From Balanoglossus misakiensis (Eukaryota > Animalia > Hemichordata): a DNA stretch of 64,000 nt. Positions 23,227 through 36,400 of the stretch are shown here, one piece after another (the first letter of the stretch is position 1; every line of letters begins with the position of its first letter). The stretch lies in assembly GCA_040954595.2 (NCBI GenBank), contig CM082582.2:9229483-9293482 (forward strand), written 5' to 3'. The position numbers and the translations under genes are program-made. Under the pieces are notes generated by a model. It was not told the origin of the DNA. It was given only the letters and a program-made list of their open reading frames with translations, and did no database searches.

Positions 23227-24761
23227 ATGGCGAAGCATAAAGTGTGGCTTATGCTTATCATTATCTTATTCGTTCTCGTGTACGTGGCAACTCTTGCAAT
23301 CAACGCCTTGGCCAATATTCCTGATTTAAGTAAGTAGCAACGTGACGAGATACGACAACCGTTATCATGGTGATAAAACAAATAGAGGTACAAACGTAAA
23401 ATCCGGGCTCCCGTGGGAGGGGGGGGGGGACTCTTTCTCGCATTGAACGTAATTTAACAAGAGTTCAACATGTCACAATATCAGAGTGACGTAAACTACC
23501 TTGGCCAGAAGTCGACTCGGATTTGATTCAAAATATCATAAAAACTGAAGCGTAAAACACCGGGCGATCAAGGTGATGTCGCTTGGGGGACATCCGGGGT
23601 GTCATCAACCACCTTGGCCTGAAGTCGACTGCAATCAGGGTTTAAAGGTCACAAAATCAAGGTGATGCCAGTTTACATAGGCTCCAGATCGGCTGTAAAA
23701 TCTTGGGTCCAAAGTTTGCAAAATCGCCCACAGAGTGACGTAAATTAAATGACTAATTCATTATCTTAAGTCGGCCCTAATCACTACACACCTTCCTTCA
23801 TCTGTGGCGTCTTTAGGTTTCAATAGTATTTTATTTGGCATTGCGTGCAAAAACTTGATTCCCATTAGACTATTTCCTAATAAAAACTATTTTCATTCCC
23901 AAATGTACAGATTTGAAGATTTTCCAAAACTCAACAGGCGACATTTCAGACAAGTACATACTCAACATAACACCGGCCAATTGGACATTCACAATATGGG
24001 GCATCATCTACTTCTGGCTGACTCTGATGGTCGTGTACTGCTTCACCACGCTCTGCCGCAAGAACGACACCGACTACGTGTACGTGCGACCGCGCGTGCT
24101 GACGCCGATGTTCTACGTCTGGTTCATGCTGAACCTGGGCCTGAACACCGCCTGGCTGGTCTTATGGGACCGTGAACTCATGCCCTACGCGTTCCTGGTG
24201 CTGATCGCCGTGTCCCTGTCCAACTACTTCGTGCTCATCATCGCCCACAAGAATCTGTGGAAGCACCTCTCCAACATGACGGCCAACCAGATCTTCGACG
24301 TGTGGGCCATCCGCGTGCTCGTGCACAACGGCGTGGGCGTGTACGCCACCTGGTGCACGGTGGCCACGCTGCTCAACACCGGCATCTGCCTCGTGTACTG
24401 GTACGACGTCGACCAAGAGACGGCCGGTATCGTCTGCCTGTCGATCCTGTCGCTTGAGGTTGTCGTGTGGTTCAGCTTGGAGACATTTGTCCTGGACAGG
24501 TGGACCCGCTACACCCTGACCATCTGGCCCACCATCATCTGGGCTCTCTCCGGCATTCTCAGCCTGAACTGGAATCTGGACAACGCCACCTGTATTTTCA
24601 GCCTCGTTCTGATCATCCTGGCCGGTCTCATCTTCATCTTCCGGATTGTGCTTTTTGTCTGGAGAGTTTGCAACCAGCCGCTGCTGAGCTCTAAGACCTC
24701 TCCAGAATCGCTCGGCATGGAAACATACAAATCCGAAAGCAAACAGAATATTGTCGCCTAG
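23227..24761 (+). CDS. TPAxWTFxIW-family multi-pass membrane protein, paralog 4, about 317 aa; exons 23227-23329 and 23911-24761
   Basis: Exon 1 is MAKHKVWLMLIIILFVLVYVATLAINALANIPDL, followed by phase-1 A|GTAAGT at 23330. The acceptor gtacAG at 23910 gives NLKIFQNSTGDISDKYILNITPANWTFTIWGIIY. It is closest to paralog 3 (TTLCRKNDTDYVYVRP, AGIVCLSIL, LDRWTRYTLTIWPT). Candidate UTR intron 23065-23221. Confidence 0.88.
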
Positions 24762-27700
24762 ACAGAAAGAAGAAGGAAAGGAAAAACGTGAAGAACCCCG
24801 CCCTCACAGCTCGCACCAATTGATGACATTCGCACAGAATTTTGTATTTGCTTGTGACAGCACGCTAACGTCAATGCAAAATCATTTCCATAGTCAAATT
24901 GATACAAGGTAGCTCATCTCCATGTCCATGAGACGAAAAAACACTATTTACACATTTTTGAGAGACCATGATGTGCCTGGCATGGGTAAAGGAACCCTGG
25001 CAGTATTCTTCATCCATCAAAATTGGACCCTCGGGTGTCAGAAATCTCATCAATCAATGGTCCTGGAGTGTCAAAAATATTATGATTCAATGTAGACGTT
25101 GAACCACATTGAATCATTGTAAACTATGATGGATTACTGCAGAAAATCATTTCTATATGTTTAAAATAAACGCCTGCTAAATAATGCCTGCTAAATTTTG
25201 ACAAACTACAAAACAAAATAAACTGAAATGCAGTTGGTTTTCTCTACAGAAATCATTTTAGATTTTCCACTGAAGTTTAGAAAGGACTTGAAAAAATAGG
25301 GGGAGGATTGAAGGGTTGCCTTTTTGTGTGAAAATCTCTTTCCGACGAGGACAAAAATAATTATATGTAAATATCACATGATTTGTAACTGTTCCGTTTT
25401 TGCCCTTAGTAAAATTGTATCACCATAAATTCAATAAACGGTTTACTTTTTAAAGTGTCCTGATAAATTGTGATTTACCTTGAGTGTCTTTTATCGCCTT
25501 GGGTCCCTGAGGTGAGACGGCGGTTCGAAACCGAGGCCAGAAGTTACGTGCGTGTGTTGGCTGTTCCTGTACGGAGGAGGGGGGGATTGGGTCCTTGCAC
25601 TGAAAATCAACAACCGTATAGTATAAGTCGGAATTCACCGGAAGAAGACTGCAGTTAACCCCAGGAAGTGGTGGAAATGGTTCTGACTGAATTCGAAAAC
25701 CGTCTTCACTCCGAGAGGTCGAAGATCTCAATCAACGGATGACATTGCACGCGTCACAGAAGACCCACTTTTTTCAACACAAATTCGATGGCTCTGATGT
25801 TTTTCAAACATACAAAGTTTGCCTATGGTCTCAAGGGGCAAAAGGAAAAATGGAAGAGATTATTCTAAATAAAGTTAATTTTCATTAGTGAAGACCGAAC
25901 TATAATGTCTGAAAAACATACTTGTGCTATTACATTGTGTTTTTAAATATTTTATTCGGGACGAAAAACATTACAAGATGTCAGGGTGAGCAAAGGTGCA
26001 CAAAACATGGTAAACAACTTGGTAAAAATTAAGAATACAATGCTTATGGCTATTTTACTTGCAAATATTTGTGAATTTTAGCAAGGTCGCGAAAACAGTG
26101 AATCGTCTAGGAGAAGCATTTCAGGGTTCAATGAGACCCTTATTCCAAAATATCCTTGTGAGGTGTCCACGAAAGTAGAAAAATATTTATGCGTTTGAGG
26201 GGACTCGTGGTGGCATATTATTAAAGATACTCAAAAATGTCGTTCGACTAATGACAGTTAACTTGAAAATATTTGTCTCGTCAATTCCATGTGAACGACA
26301 ACTTATGCATACTTATACGTGCACTGTATTTGTAGGTCAACGCAAATATAATGTGTGCACATCGATATTGCTTGAGGCCTGCACCATGGCCGAGATGCCG
26401 TTTATCCTTCACGTGTGACGTCACCTTCAACAACCCTCCCAAATAAATTTATTTGAAAAAAATACAGAAACGGTGACTTAAAATGGCCGTGTAATATTCT
26501 TAGCGTTCATTAGCAACTTCACGTCCCAGTTTATAATATAATGTAGAATACCAGCATCTGAAGTACACGTGGTTTGCTGAAGTTCCAACTGACTGCCCCC
26601 TACGTTCAATTTTTTGATTCCACAGGCTATCGACTGTGCCTTTGGAAAAAATTCATAGCCAGACTATGGTTCGTTTCACACTGCGTGGTTACCTTTAATA
26701 GTTACTGTTTTTTTTCATAATGGGAAATTTTACGTCGGCTATATTATTATGATACATCACAGAAGGTGGGTGATTGTTGTCGCGTTGACCATTGGCAGTA
26801 TCAGCTCATTCTGTACAAGCTCTGCATTGGCAGTGAAGCTTCGCCTGTGGACGCCCGCCCTCATATCTTTCAATCAGTCACTCAAGAATATCGTTTCATC
26901 GGAAAAAAACAAGAACCACAAAACATGAAGTTACAGTTGAGTGACCGCTGGAGCTATAGAAGTCCATTCAGGTTGTCAAAACACCTACAACGTGTTTTTT
27001 TTCTTTCTCTTTTTGGGGTGTTTTGACTTTGGACCACGGTGTATGTGACGTCACGGCCTCGCTCTGCAGCATGCAGGACAAGACCGTAGTTGGTTCGCAA
27101 TGGCGGGTGTCTTGGGGACTAACAAGTGTTTTCGCCTCATCCCGATCGGCGAGATAAAGGTCAAAGCTACACATGTAGACAGGCATCATCCTCTGAACCT
27201 AACACTAAAAGACCACAACATTCAAAGCCAATAAACAAGACCATAAAACTAAAAAAAATGTTGTTGTTTTCTTCGTTATACTGCCGGAACGTTACTTTTG
27301 TGAACTGATAAAATTTAAAGATTCTTTCCTAAGTATAAATCCTGGAAATATCGGAAAAGCATCGATGTTCACTGACATTGCCATTTGCAAGTACACTCCA
27401 TAGGGATGGATTCCCATAGTTCCGTGGGAGATACCAAAGACTGCCCAACTGGTGCCATGTATGATACCATGGTCACAGTTGCTAGGAGTAATTGGTCACC
27501 ATCTCGACTACAAAACACTGCAGAAAGGTGTGACAGTACTTGTCACAGTATATTATGATTTTCAATGAATAAACTGCGTTGGAAAGGAAACCACTTTTTC
27601 GTGGAAACCAACCCCACGTGTTTACAGTTCCACTGAAGAAAACACGTCGTACGTGCTGACTGAGGTGTACGTTTCTGCAACCTGTTGCCATGGCTGCCGA

Positions 27701-29023
27701 CATCGACACGCGCACGTTACCAGGTCATTAGATATGTACCTGGTGACTCAAAAACGAAACCGTACAGTCATACCGACATCTTCATCTTAATATAAAGATC
27801 GCGATAAAAAGTTATGACAAGACAAGACTGTGAAATGTAGGAATGAGGAAAATTTGATGATAACACAGTCACATTTGTCTATTTGCACAATTCATGCATC
27901 AATTGCTTCCAGGGATAAGGGTTGGGTCGAGTCTATCAACTTCAGAAGTCAATTATGCTTTTAACTTTGGTCTCAGTGGCCTCAGGACAGAAATTTATAT
28001 TGTTCAAATTACAAAATAAAGAAAATTGGGGAAAAGTGGTATTATTGACGAATTCTGGACTTGTGTACCTTAATTCGCCGAAGCAGAGGTGACAAAGTCA
28101 CCTTGTGTCAATGACCTGACCACTTCCGTCACACCACCCCTCGGGCCAGACAAACCTTGCGGTGTCTGGTTTCACATGGGTCGTTACCCTTGAAGGAGGA
28201 TTTACAAAATCAAAACTCAAATATGAGCGCAAACAGACGCGTTATCGGAACCATTTAAAAAGGGGGAGCTGGTGCAATATCGACACATATGCACAACAGC
28301 GTTTTCACACAACAAGTCTCACACTTCACTCCCCACAAAAAGTGCTTGGAGGCGGACTCTGACAGGAACAGAAAATACCTCTTTTTACTATAAGGTAGGA
28401 TCAACGAAAACATGGTGGTGTATTGGTCCATCGCTTGGTTATGATGTTCTGCATGTTGTCAGTGCAAGTTGACTTTCAGAGATTTCGATTCGGTGTGTTA
28501 CCCTGTTCTGGTGTCTATCTGCAAGATATAAGCACTGGAATGCAAAGAAAAGCTATTTCAAACTAACGCTGAAACGTGATGTTCTAGCTACAATTCAGTT
28601 ATGTATCCTTGAAATGAGGTTTGCAAAATTGTGCCAAAGCTAACCGATTTAAAGCACTACGAAAATGGTAAGAGACATATACAGTGTGCATAGCATAATA
28701 CACGTTTCCAAGTTTCTCGCCAGAGCTGTAATACCTGAAAGTGTAACGTATGTGGGGGTTACCACGTTGTTTTTGATGACAAATGTGATTTTGACAAAAA
28801 TGGCGTAAGTAACATGTATATCGACACCTTAAAATTGATAACTGCGTGTTAAAAGCCATGCAGTTGTCCCGGTTTAACATGTTTAGTAGAGTTTGGTTTC
28901 CCACTTGAACTTTCAACCCCACGCGGCCGACTTGTCAAAACTTGCATACCACTGAACTCGAACTTGCGGTTAATTGATCCTCGAGGTGTATATTGCTGTC
29001 CTGTGTACAGATAAACTGAGTTG

Positions 29024-29042
29024 AAAACCTTGACATGTCTGG
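29024..29042 (+). promoter_or_regulatory. Conserved 19-bp upstream element AAAACCTTGACATGTCTGG (copy 1), 399 bp before the ATG of short gene 1
   Basis: Identical to 60456-60474, upstream of the paralogous short gene, while the surrounding sequence shows little similarity by eye. Confidence 0.6.
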
Positions 29043-29422
29043 ATTTTGGACATTGATTTTGTTTGCTTCTTGATAAACTTTTGGTACATGTGTAACGACG
29101 ATACAGATTTAAAACTACGTTTTCACTCGGCTATGATTGTTGCCGTTTTTATGTAAAAACTTCCAATCTGAGAGATCCGCAACTTGCGGTCAGAGTTTAG
29201 TTTTGCGTAAGTAAGTGCATGCTTACTTGCATTAAGTCTCTGCCAATGAAAATCTCTGTAAGTAATGAAACATTCAAAGTCTGCTAAACGGCCTCAACAA
29301 ATGCATGTTGAGCAATTTGATTTGTGGTTTTCTTTAGTCATATCGGTTCCTCCTCCAGATTACTGATTCGTCTTTTAGAACAAATAATTAACTCTCCGTT
29401 TTTTGTATATATTTCAGACAAA

Positions 29423-29880
29423 ATGAAGCAACAGAAAATATGGTCAGCAATTCTTATCATATGCCTAACATTGATCTGTTGGGTTACCATGGTGACCGGT
29501 GCACCGATCAATTTTCCTGATCCAGGTATGTACAGTGATTTTTACTGAACCTTCGTTTTCAATTTTGCCCCTACTCTGCAATCAACTGCTTTTAGAACCA
29601 GTTCATTTATTCAAGTTCGACTGATTTCAGTCTCAAGGTTTACAGAATTATCACTAGACAGCGTGGCGTCATCTTAAATTCATTACCGCAGCCTACTAAC
29701 AATTTTCCCCTTTCAATTGTCGAAACAGATATCACAATAAGGACGACAAACAACACGTCGTGCGCGGCGTCCGAACCGTACACACTGCACATCACGCCCG
29801 CAGACTGGACACTTCTCATCGTCTACTCGTGCTTCGGCTGCGCCATGTCAAACAGCGTTGCATCGTCGCTCCCTAAGTGA
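29423..29880 (+). CDS. 84-aa putative secreted mini-protein 1, a short derivative of the TPAxWTF membrane-protein family; exons 29423-29525 and 29729-29880
   Basis: Acceptor atttcAG at 29417 precedes the ATG. Exon 1 is MKQQKIWSAILIICLTLICWVTMVTGAPINFPDP, followed by phase-1 G|GTATGT. The acceptor aaacAG at 29728 gives DITIRTTNNTSCAASEPYTLHITPADWTLLIVYSCFGCAMSNSVASSLPK*. AATAAA at 30215. Supported by the collinear paralog at 60823-61313. Confidence 0.78.
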
Positions 29881-30464
29881 CTACTATAAAAGAAAGTTTT
29901 TTTTAATGAGTGTGCTTCTGTCACTGCCGAGGACATGTCTCCAGAGACGGGAATATATCTAGAGAGAGAGAGAGTATGTATGTGTGTACACGAGGCGGCT
30001 GGATCGTCCGTCTTGTAATTGTTGTGATACATGTTGTGCGTCTGCAAGAACGATAAATTATTTATGTACTTTTTTGTAGTAAACGACAAAATGTCTTGTC
30101 TTTTCGAAGTTCAAAAGGCGCCATCACTTCGGATTTAGTAATGTATTGAAGAAATGAATATATATGATGTATATACTATAAATTCCTTCGAATGAGATCA
30201 TTGAATGAACATTTAATAAAGTTTAATACGTATTTTAGAACTAAAGGCTACATCTCTTTGATTGTATACTGTTTGGGGGTTCTTTGCATTGAAGAAAGAG
30301 AAATGGATGATTAGAACGAGATGATAGGGTGGCTCTGAGCTAACCAGCGCCAGTTATGGCGGCCATTTTCATGACTTCCGGAACATGACATCACATCCCT
30401 GTATTTTTGATCGTATGAATCCCCATTTGTATTTACAAATTAAATGTAAGAAACAGCCACTGTA

Positions 30465-33400
30465 TTTTGAAAATTCGCAAAGTCGGAAAACCGTCATTTT
30501 TTGATGATTTTCATGAGCAATAACCCATGATTTTTTTTTAAAAATGAAGAAATTACTGAAATTCGCAAAGTGAAAAAATGACCAAATTTTGAAAATTCGC
30601 AAAGTCGAAAAATCATCATTTTTTGACGATTTTCAGGAGCTATAACCCATGATTTTTTTTCAAAAAATGACCAAATTTCGAAAATTCGCAAAGTCGAAAA
30701 ATCATCATTTTTTGACGATTTTCAGGAGCTATAACCCATGATTTTTTCAAAAAATGACCAAATTTCGAAAATTCGCAAAGTCGAAAAATCGTCATTTTTT
30801 GACGATTTTCATGAGCTATAACCCATGATTTTTTTCATAAAATGACCAAATTTCGAAAATTCGCAAAGTCGAGAAATTGTCATTTTTTGACGATTTTCCT
30901 GAGCTATAACCCATGATTTTTTCAAAAAATGACCAAATTTCGAAAATCCGCAAAGTCGAAAAATCCTCATTTTTTGACGATTTTCCTGAGCTATAACCCA
31001 TGATTTTTTCAAAAAATGACCAAATTTCGAAAATCCGCAAAGTCGAAAAATCCTCATTTTTTGACGATTTTCCTGAGCTATAACCCATGATTTTTTTCAA
31101 AAAATGACCAAATTTCGAAAATCCGCAAAGTCGAAAAATCCTCATTTTTTGACGATTTTCCTGAGCTATAACCCATGATTTTTTCAAAAAATGACCAAAT
31201 TTCGAAAATCCGCAAAGTCGAAAAATCCTCATTTTTTGACGATTTTCCTGAGCTATAACCCATGATTTTTTCAAAAAATGACCAAATTTCGAAAATCCGC
31301 AAAGTCGAAAAATCCTCATTTTTTGACGATTTTCCTGAGCTATAACCCATGTTTTTTTCAAAAAATGACCAAATTTCGAAAATCCGCAAAGTCGAAAAAT
31401 CCTCATTTTTTGACGATTTTCCTGAGCTATAACCCATGATTTTTTCAAAAAATGACCAAATTTCGAAAATCCGCAAAGTCGAAAAATCCTCATTTTTTGA
31501 CGATTTTCCTGAGCTATAACCCATGATTTTTTCAAAAAATGACAAAATTTCGAAAATCCGCAAAGTCGAAAAATCCTCATTTTTTGACGATTTTCCTGAG
31601 CTATAACCAATGATTTTTTCAAAAATGACCAAATTTCGAAAATCCGCAAAGTCGAAAAATCCTCATTTTTTGACGATTTTCCTGAGCTATAACCCATGAT
31701 TTTTTCAAAAAATGACCAAATTTCGAAAATCCGCAAAGTCGAAAAATCCTCATTTTTTGACGATTTTCCTGAGCTATAACCCATGATTTTTTCAAAAAAT
31801 GACCAAATTTCGAAAATCCGCAGAGTCGAAAAATCCTCATTTTTTGACGATTTTCCTGAGCTATAACCCATGATTTTTCAAAAAATGACCAAATTTCGAA
31901 AAATCCGCAAAGTCGAAAAATTGTCATTTCTGGGTGATTTCATGAGCTATAACCCATGGTTTTTCTCAAAAAATCACCAAATTTCGAAAATCCGCAGAGT
32001 CGAAAAATTGTCATTTCTGGGTGATTTCATGAGCTATAACCCATGGTTTTTCTCGAAAAATCACCAAATTTCGAAAATCCGCAAAGTCGAAAAATTGTCA
32101 TTTCTGGGTGATTTCATGAGCTATAACCCATGGTTTTTCTCAAAAAATCACCAAATTTCGAAAATCCGCAGAGTCGAAAAATTGTCATTTCTGGGTGATT
32201 TCATGAGCTATAACCCATGGTTTTTCTCGAAAAATCACCAAATTTCAAAAATCCGCAAAGTCGAAAAATTGTCATTTCTGGGTGATTTCATGAGCTATAA
32301 CCCATGGTTTTTCTCAAAAAATCACCAAATTTCGAAAATCCGCAGAGTCGAAAAATTGTCATTTCTGGGTGATTTCATGAGCTATAACCCATGGTTTTTC
32401 TCGAAAAATCACCAAATTTCAAAAATCCGCAAAGTCGAAAAATTGTCATTTCTGGGTGATTTTCATGAGCTATAACCCATGGTTTTTCTCAAAAAATCAC
32501 CAAATTTCGAAAATCCGCAAAGTCGAAAAATTGTCATTTCTGAGTGATTTCATGAGCTATAACCCATGGTTTTTCTCAAAAAATCACCAAATTTCGAAAA
32601 TCCGCAAAGTCGAAAAATTGTCATTTCTGGGTGATTTCATGAGCTATAACCCATGGTTTTTATCCAAAAACCACCAAATTTTGAAATTTCGCGAAGTCGA
32701 AAAATTGACATTTCTGGATGATTTTCATGAGCTATAACCCATGGTTTTTATCCAAAAACCACCAAATTTTGAAATTTCGCGAAGTCGAAAAATTGACATT
32801 TCTGGATGATTTTCATGAGCTATAACCCATGGTTTTTATCCAAAAACCACCAAATTTTGAAATTTCGCGAAGTCGAAAAATTGACATTTCTGGATGATTT
32901 TCATGAGCTATAACACATGGTTTTTATCCAAAAACCACCAAATTTTGAAATTTCGCGAAGTCGAAAAATTGACATTTCTGGATGATTTTCATGAGCTATA
33001 ACCCATGGTTTTTATCCAAAAACCACCAAATTTTGAAATTTCGCGAAGTCGAAAAATTGACATTTCTGGATGATTTTCATGAGCTATAACCCATGGTTTT
33101 TATCCAAAAACCACCAAATTTTGAAATTTCGCGAAGTCGAAAAATTGACATTTCTGGATGATTTTCATGAGCTATAACCCATGGTTTTTATCCAAAAACC
33201 ACCAAATTTTGAAATTTCGCGAAGTCGAAAAATTGACATTTCTGGATGATTTTCATGAGCTATAACCCATGGTTTTTATCCAAAAACCACCAAATTTTGA
33301 AATTTCGCGATGTCGAAAAATTGACATTTCTGGATGATTTTCATGAGCTATAACCCATGGTTTTTATCCAAAAACCACCAAATTTTGAAATTTCGCGATG

Positions 33401-36400
33401 TCGAAAAATTGACATTTCTGGATGATTTTCATGAGCTATAACCCATGGTTTTTATCCAAAAACCACCAAATTTTGAAATTTCGCGATGTCGAAAAATTGA
33501 TATTTTTGGATGATTTTCATGAGCTATAACACATGGTTTTTTTCCAAAAACCACCAAATTTTGAAATTTCGCGATGTCGAAAAATTGACATTTCTGGATG
33601 ATTTTCATGATCTATAACCCATGGTTTTTATCCAAAAACCACCAAATTTTGAAATTTCGCGAAGTCGAAAAATTGACATTTCTGGATGATTTTCATGAGC
33701 TATAACCCATGGTTTTTATCCAAAAACCACCAAATTTTGAAATTTCACGAAGTCGAAAAATTGACATTTCTGGATGATTTTCATGAGCTATAACCCATGA
33801 TTTTTATCCAAAAACCACCAAATTTTGAAATTTCGCGAAGTCGAAAAATTGACATTTCTGGATGATTTTCATGAGCTATAACCCATGGTTTTTATCCAAA
33901 AACCACCAAATTTTGAAATTTCGCGAAGTCGAAAAATTGACATTTCTGGATGATTTTCATGAGCTATAACCCATGGTTTTTATCCGAAAACCACCAAATT
34001 TTGAAATTTCGCGAAGTCGAAAAATTGACATTTCTGGATGATTTTCATGAGCTATAACCCATGGTTTTTATCCAAATACCACCAAATTTTGAAATTTCGC
34101 GAAGTCGAAAAATTGACATTTCTGGATGATTTTCATGAGCTATAACCCATGGTTTTTATCCGAAAACCACCAAATTTTGAAAATTCGCGAAGTCGAAAAA
34201 TTGACATTTCTGGATGATTTTCATGAGCTATAACCCATGGTTTTTATCCAAAAACCACCAAATTTTGAAATTTCGCGAAATCGAAAAATTGACATTTCTG
34301 GATGATTTTCATGAGCTATAACCCATGGTTTTTATCCAAAAACCACTAAATTTTGAAATTTCGAGAAGTCGATAAATTAACATTTCTGGATGATTTTCAT
34401 TAGCTATAACCCATGGTTTTTATCCAAAAACCACCAAATTTTGAAATTTCGCGAAGTCGAAAAATTGACATTTCTGGATGATTTTCATGAGCTATAACCC
34501 ATGGTTTTTATCCAAAAACCACCAAATTTTGAAATTTCGCGAAGTCGAAAAATTGACATTTCTGGATGATTTTCATGAGCTATAACCCATGGTTTTTATC
34601 CAAAAACCACCAAATTTTGAAATTTCGCGAAGTCGAAAAATTGACATTTCTGGATGATTTTCATGAGCTATAACCCATGGTTTTTATCCAAAAACCACCA
34701 AATTTTGAAATTTCGCGATGTCGAAAAATTGACATTTCTGGATGATTTTCATGAGCTATAACCCATGGTTTTTATCCAAAAACCACCAAATTTTGAAATT
34801 TCGCGATGTCGAAAAATTGATATTTTTGGATGATTTTCATGAGCTATAACACATGGTTTTTTTCCAAAAACCACCAAATTTTGAAATTTCGCGATGTCGA
34901 AAAATTGACATTTCTGGATGATTTTCATGATCTATAACCCATGGTTTTTATCCAAAAACCACCAAATTTTGAAATTTCGCGAAGTCGAAAAATTGACATT
35001 TCTGGATGATTTTCATAAGCTATAACCCATGGTTTTTATCCAAAAACCACCAAATTTTGAAATTTCACGAAGTCGAAAAATTGACATTTCTGGATGATTT
35101 TCATGAGCTATAACCCATGATTTTTATCCAAAAACCACCAAATTTTGAAATTTCGCGAAGTCGAAAAATTGACATTTCTGGATGATTTTCATGAGCTATA
35201 ACCCATGGTTTTTATCCAAAAACCACCAAATTTTGAAATTTCGCGAAGTCGAAAAATTGACATTTCTGGATGATTTTCATGAGCTATAACCCATGGTTTT
35301 TATCCGAAAACCACCAAATTTTGAAATTTCGCGAAGTCGAAAAATTGACATTTCTGGATGATTTTCATGAGCTATAACCCATGGTTTTTATCCAAATACC
35401 ACCAAATTTTGAAATTTCGCGAAGTCGAAAAATTGACATTTCTGGATGAATTTCATGAGCTATAACCCATGGTTTTTATCCGAAAACCACCAAATTTTGA
35501 AAATTCGCGAAGTCGAAAAATTGACATTTCTGGATGATTTTCATGAGCTATAACCCATGGTTTTTATCCAAAAACCACCAAATTTTGAAATTTCGCGAAG
35601 TCGAAAAATTGACATTTCTGGATGATTTTCATGAGCTATAACCCATGGTTTTTATCCAAAAACGACCAAATTTTGAAATTTCGCGAAGTCGAAAAATTGA
35701 CATTTCTGGATGATTTTCATGAGCTATAACCCATGGTTTTTATCCAAAAACCACCAAATTTTGAAATTTCGCGATGTCGAAAAATTGACATTTCTGGATG
35801 ATTTTCATGAGCTATAACCCACGGTTTTTATCCAAAAACTACCAAATTTTGAAATTTCGCGATGTCGAAAAATTGACATTTCTGGATGATTTTCATGAGC
35901 TATAACCCATGGTTTTTATCCGAAAACCACCAGATTATGAAATTTCGCGAAGTCGAAAAATTGACATTTCTGGATGATTTTCATGAGCTATAACCCATGG
36001 TTTTTATCCGAAAACCACCAAATTTTGAAATTTCGCTAAGTCGAAAAATTGACATTTCTGGATGATTTTCATGAGCTATAACCCATGGTTTTTATCCAAA
36101 AACCACCAAATTTTGAAAATTCGCGAAATCGAAAAATTGACATTTCTGGATGATTTTCATGAGCTATAACCCATGGTTTTTATCCAAAAACCACCAAATT
36201 TTGAAATTTCGAGAAGTCGAAAAATTGACATTTCTGGATGATTTTCATGAGCTATAACCCATGGTTTTTATCCAAAAACCACCAAATTTTGAAATTTCGC
36301 GAAGTCGAAAAATTGACATTTCTGGATGATTTTCATGAGCTATAACCCATGGTTTTTATCCGAAAACCACCAAATTTTGAAATTTCGCGAAGTCGAAAAA

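Noticed and set aside
3490-24742. Numerous antisense and alternate-frame ORFs over POMGNT2, the membrane-protein genes and the Fz-CRD gene (e.g. 17262-17936, 21328-22065, 21389-21913, 8615-9175)
   Set aside because: They are expected shadows of GC3-rich coding sequence and show no recognisable domains.
24800-28900. Additional paralog or pseudogene in the gap between paralog 4 and mini-gene 1
   Set aside because: No family motif (TPAxWT, HNG, RYTLT) was found by eye on either strand; a tBLASTn search would be needed to exclude a decayed copy.
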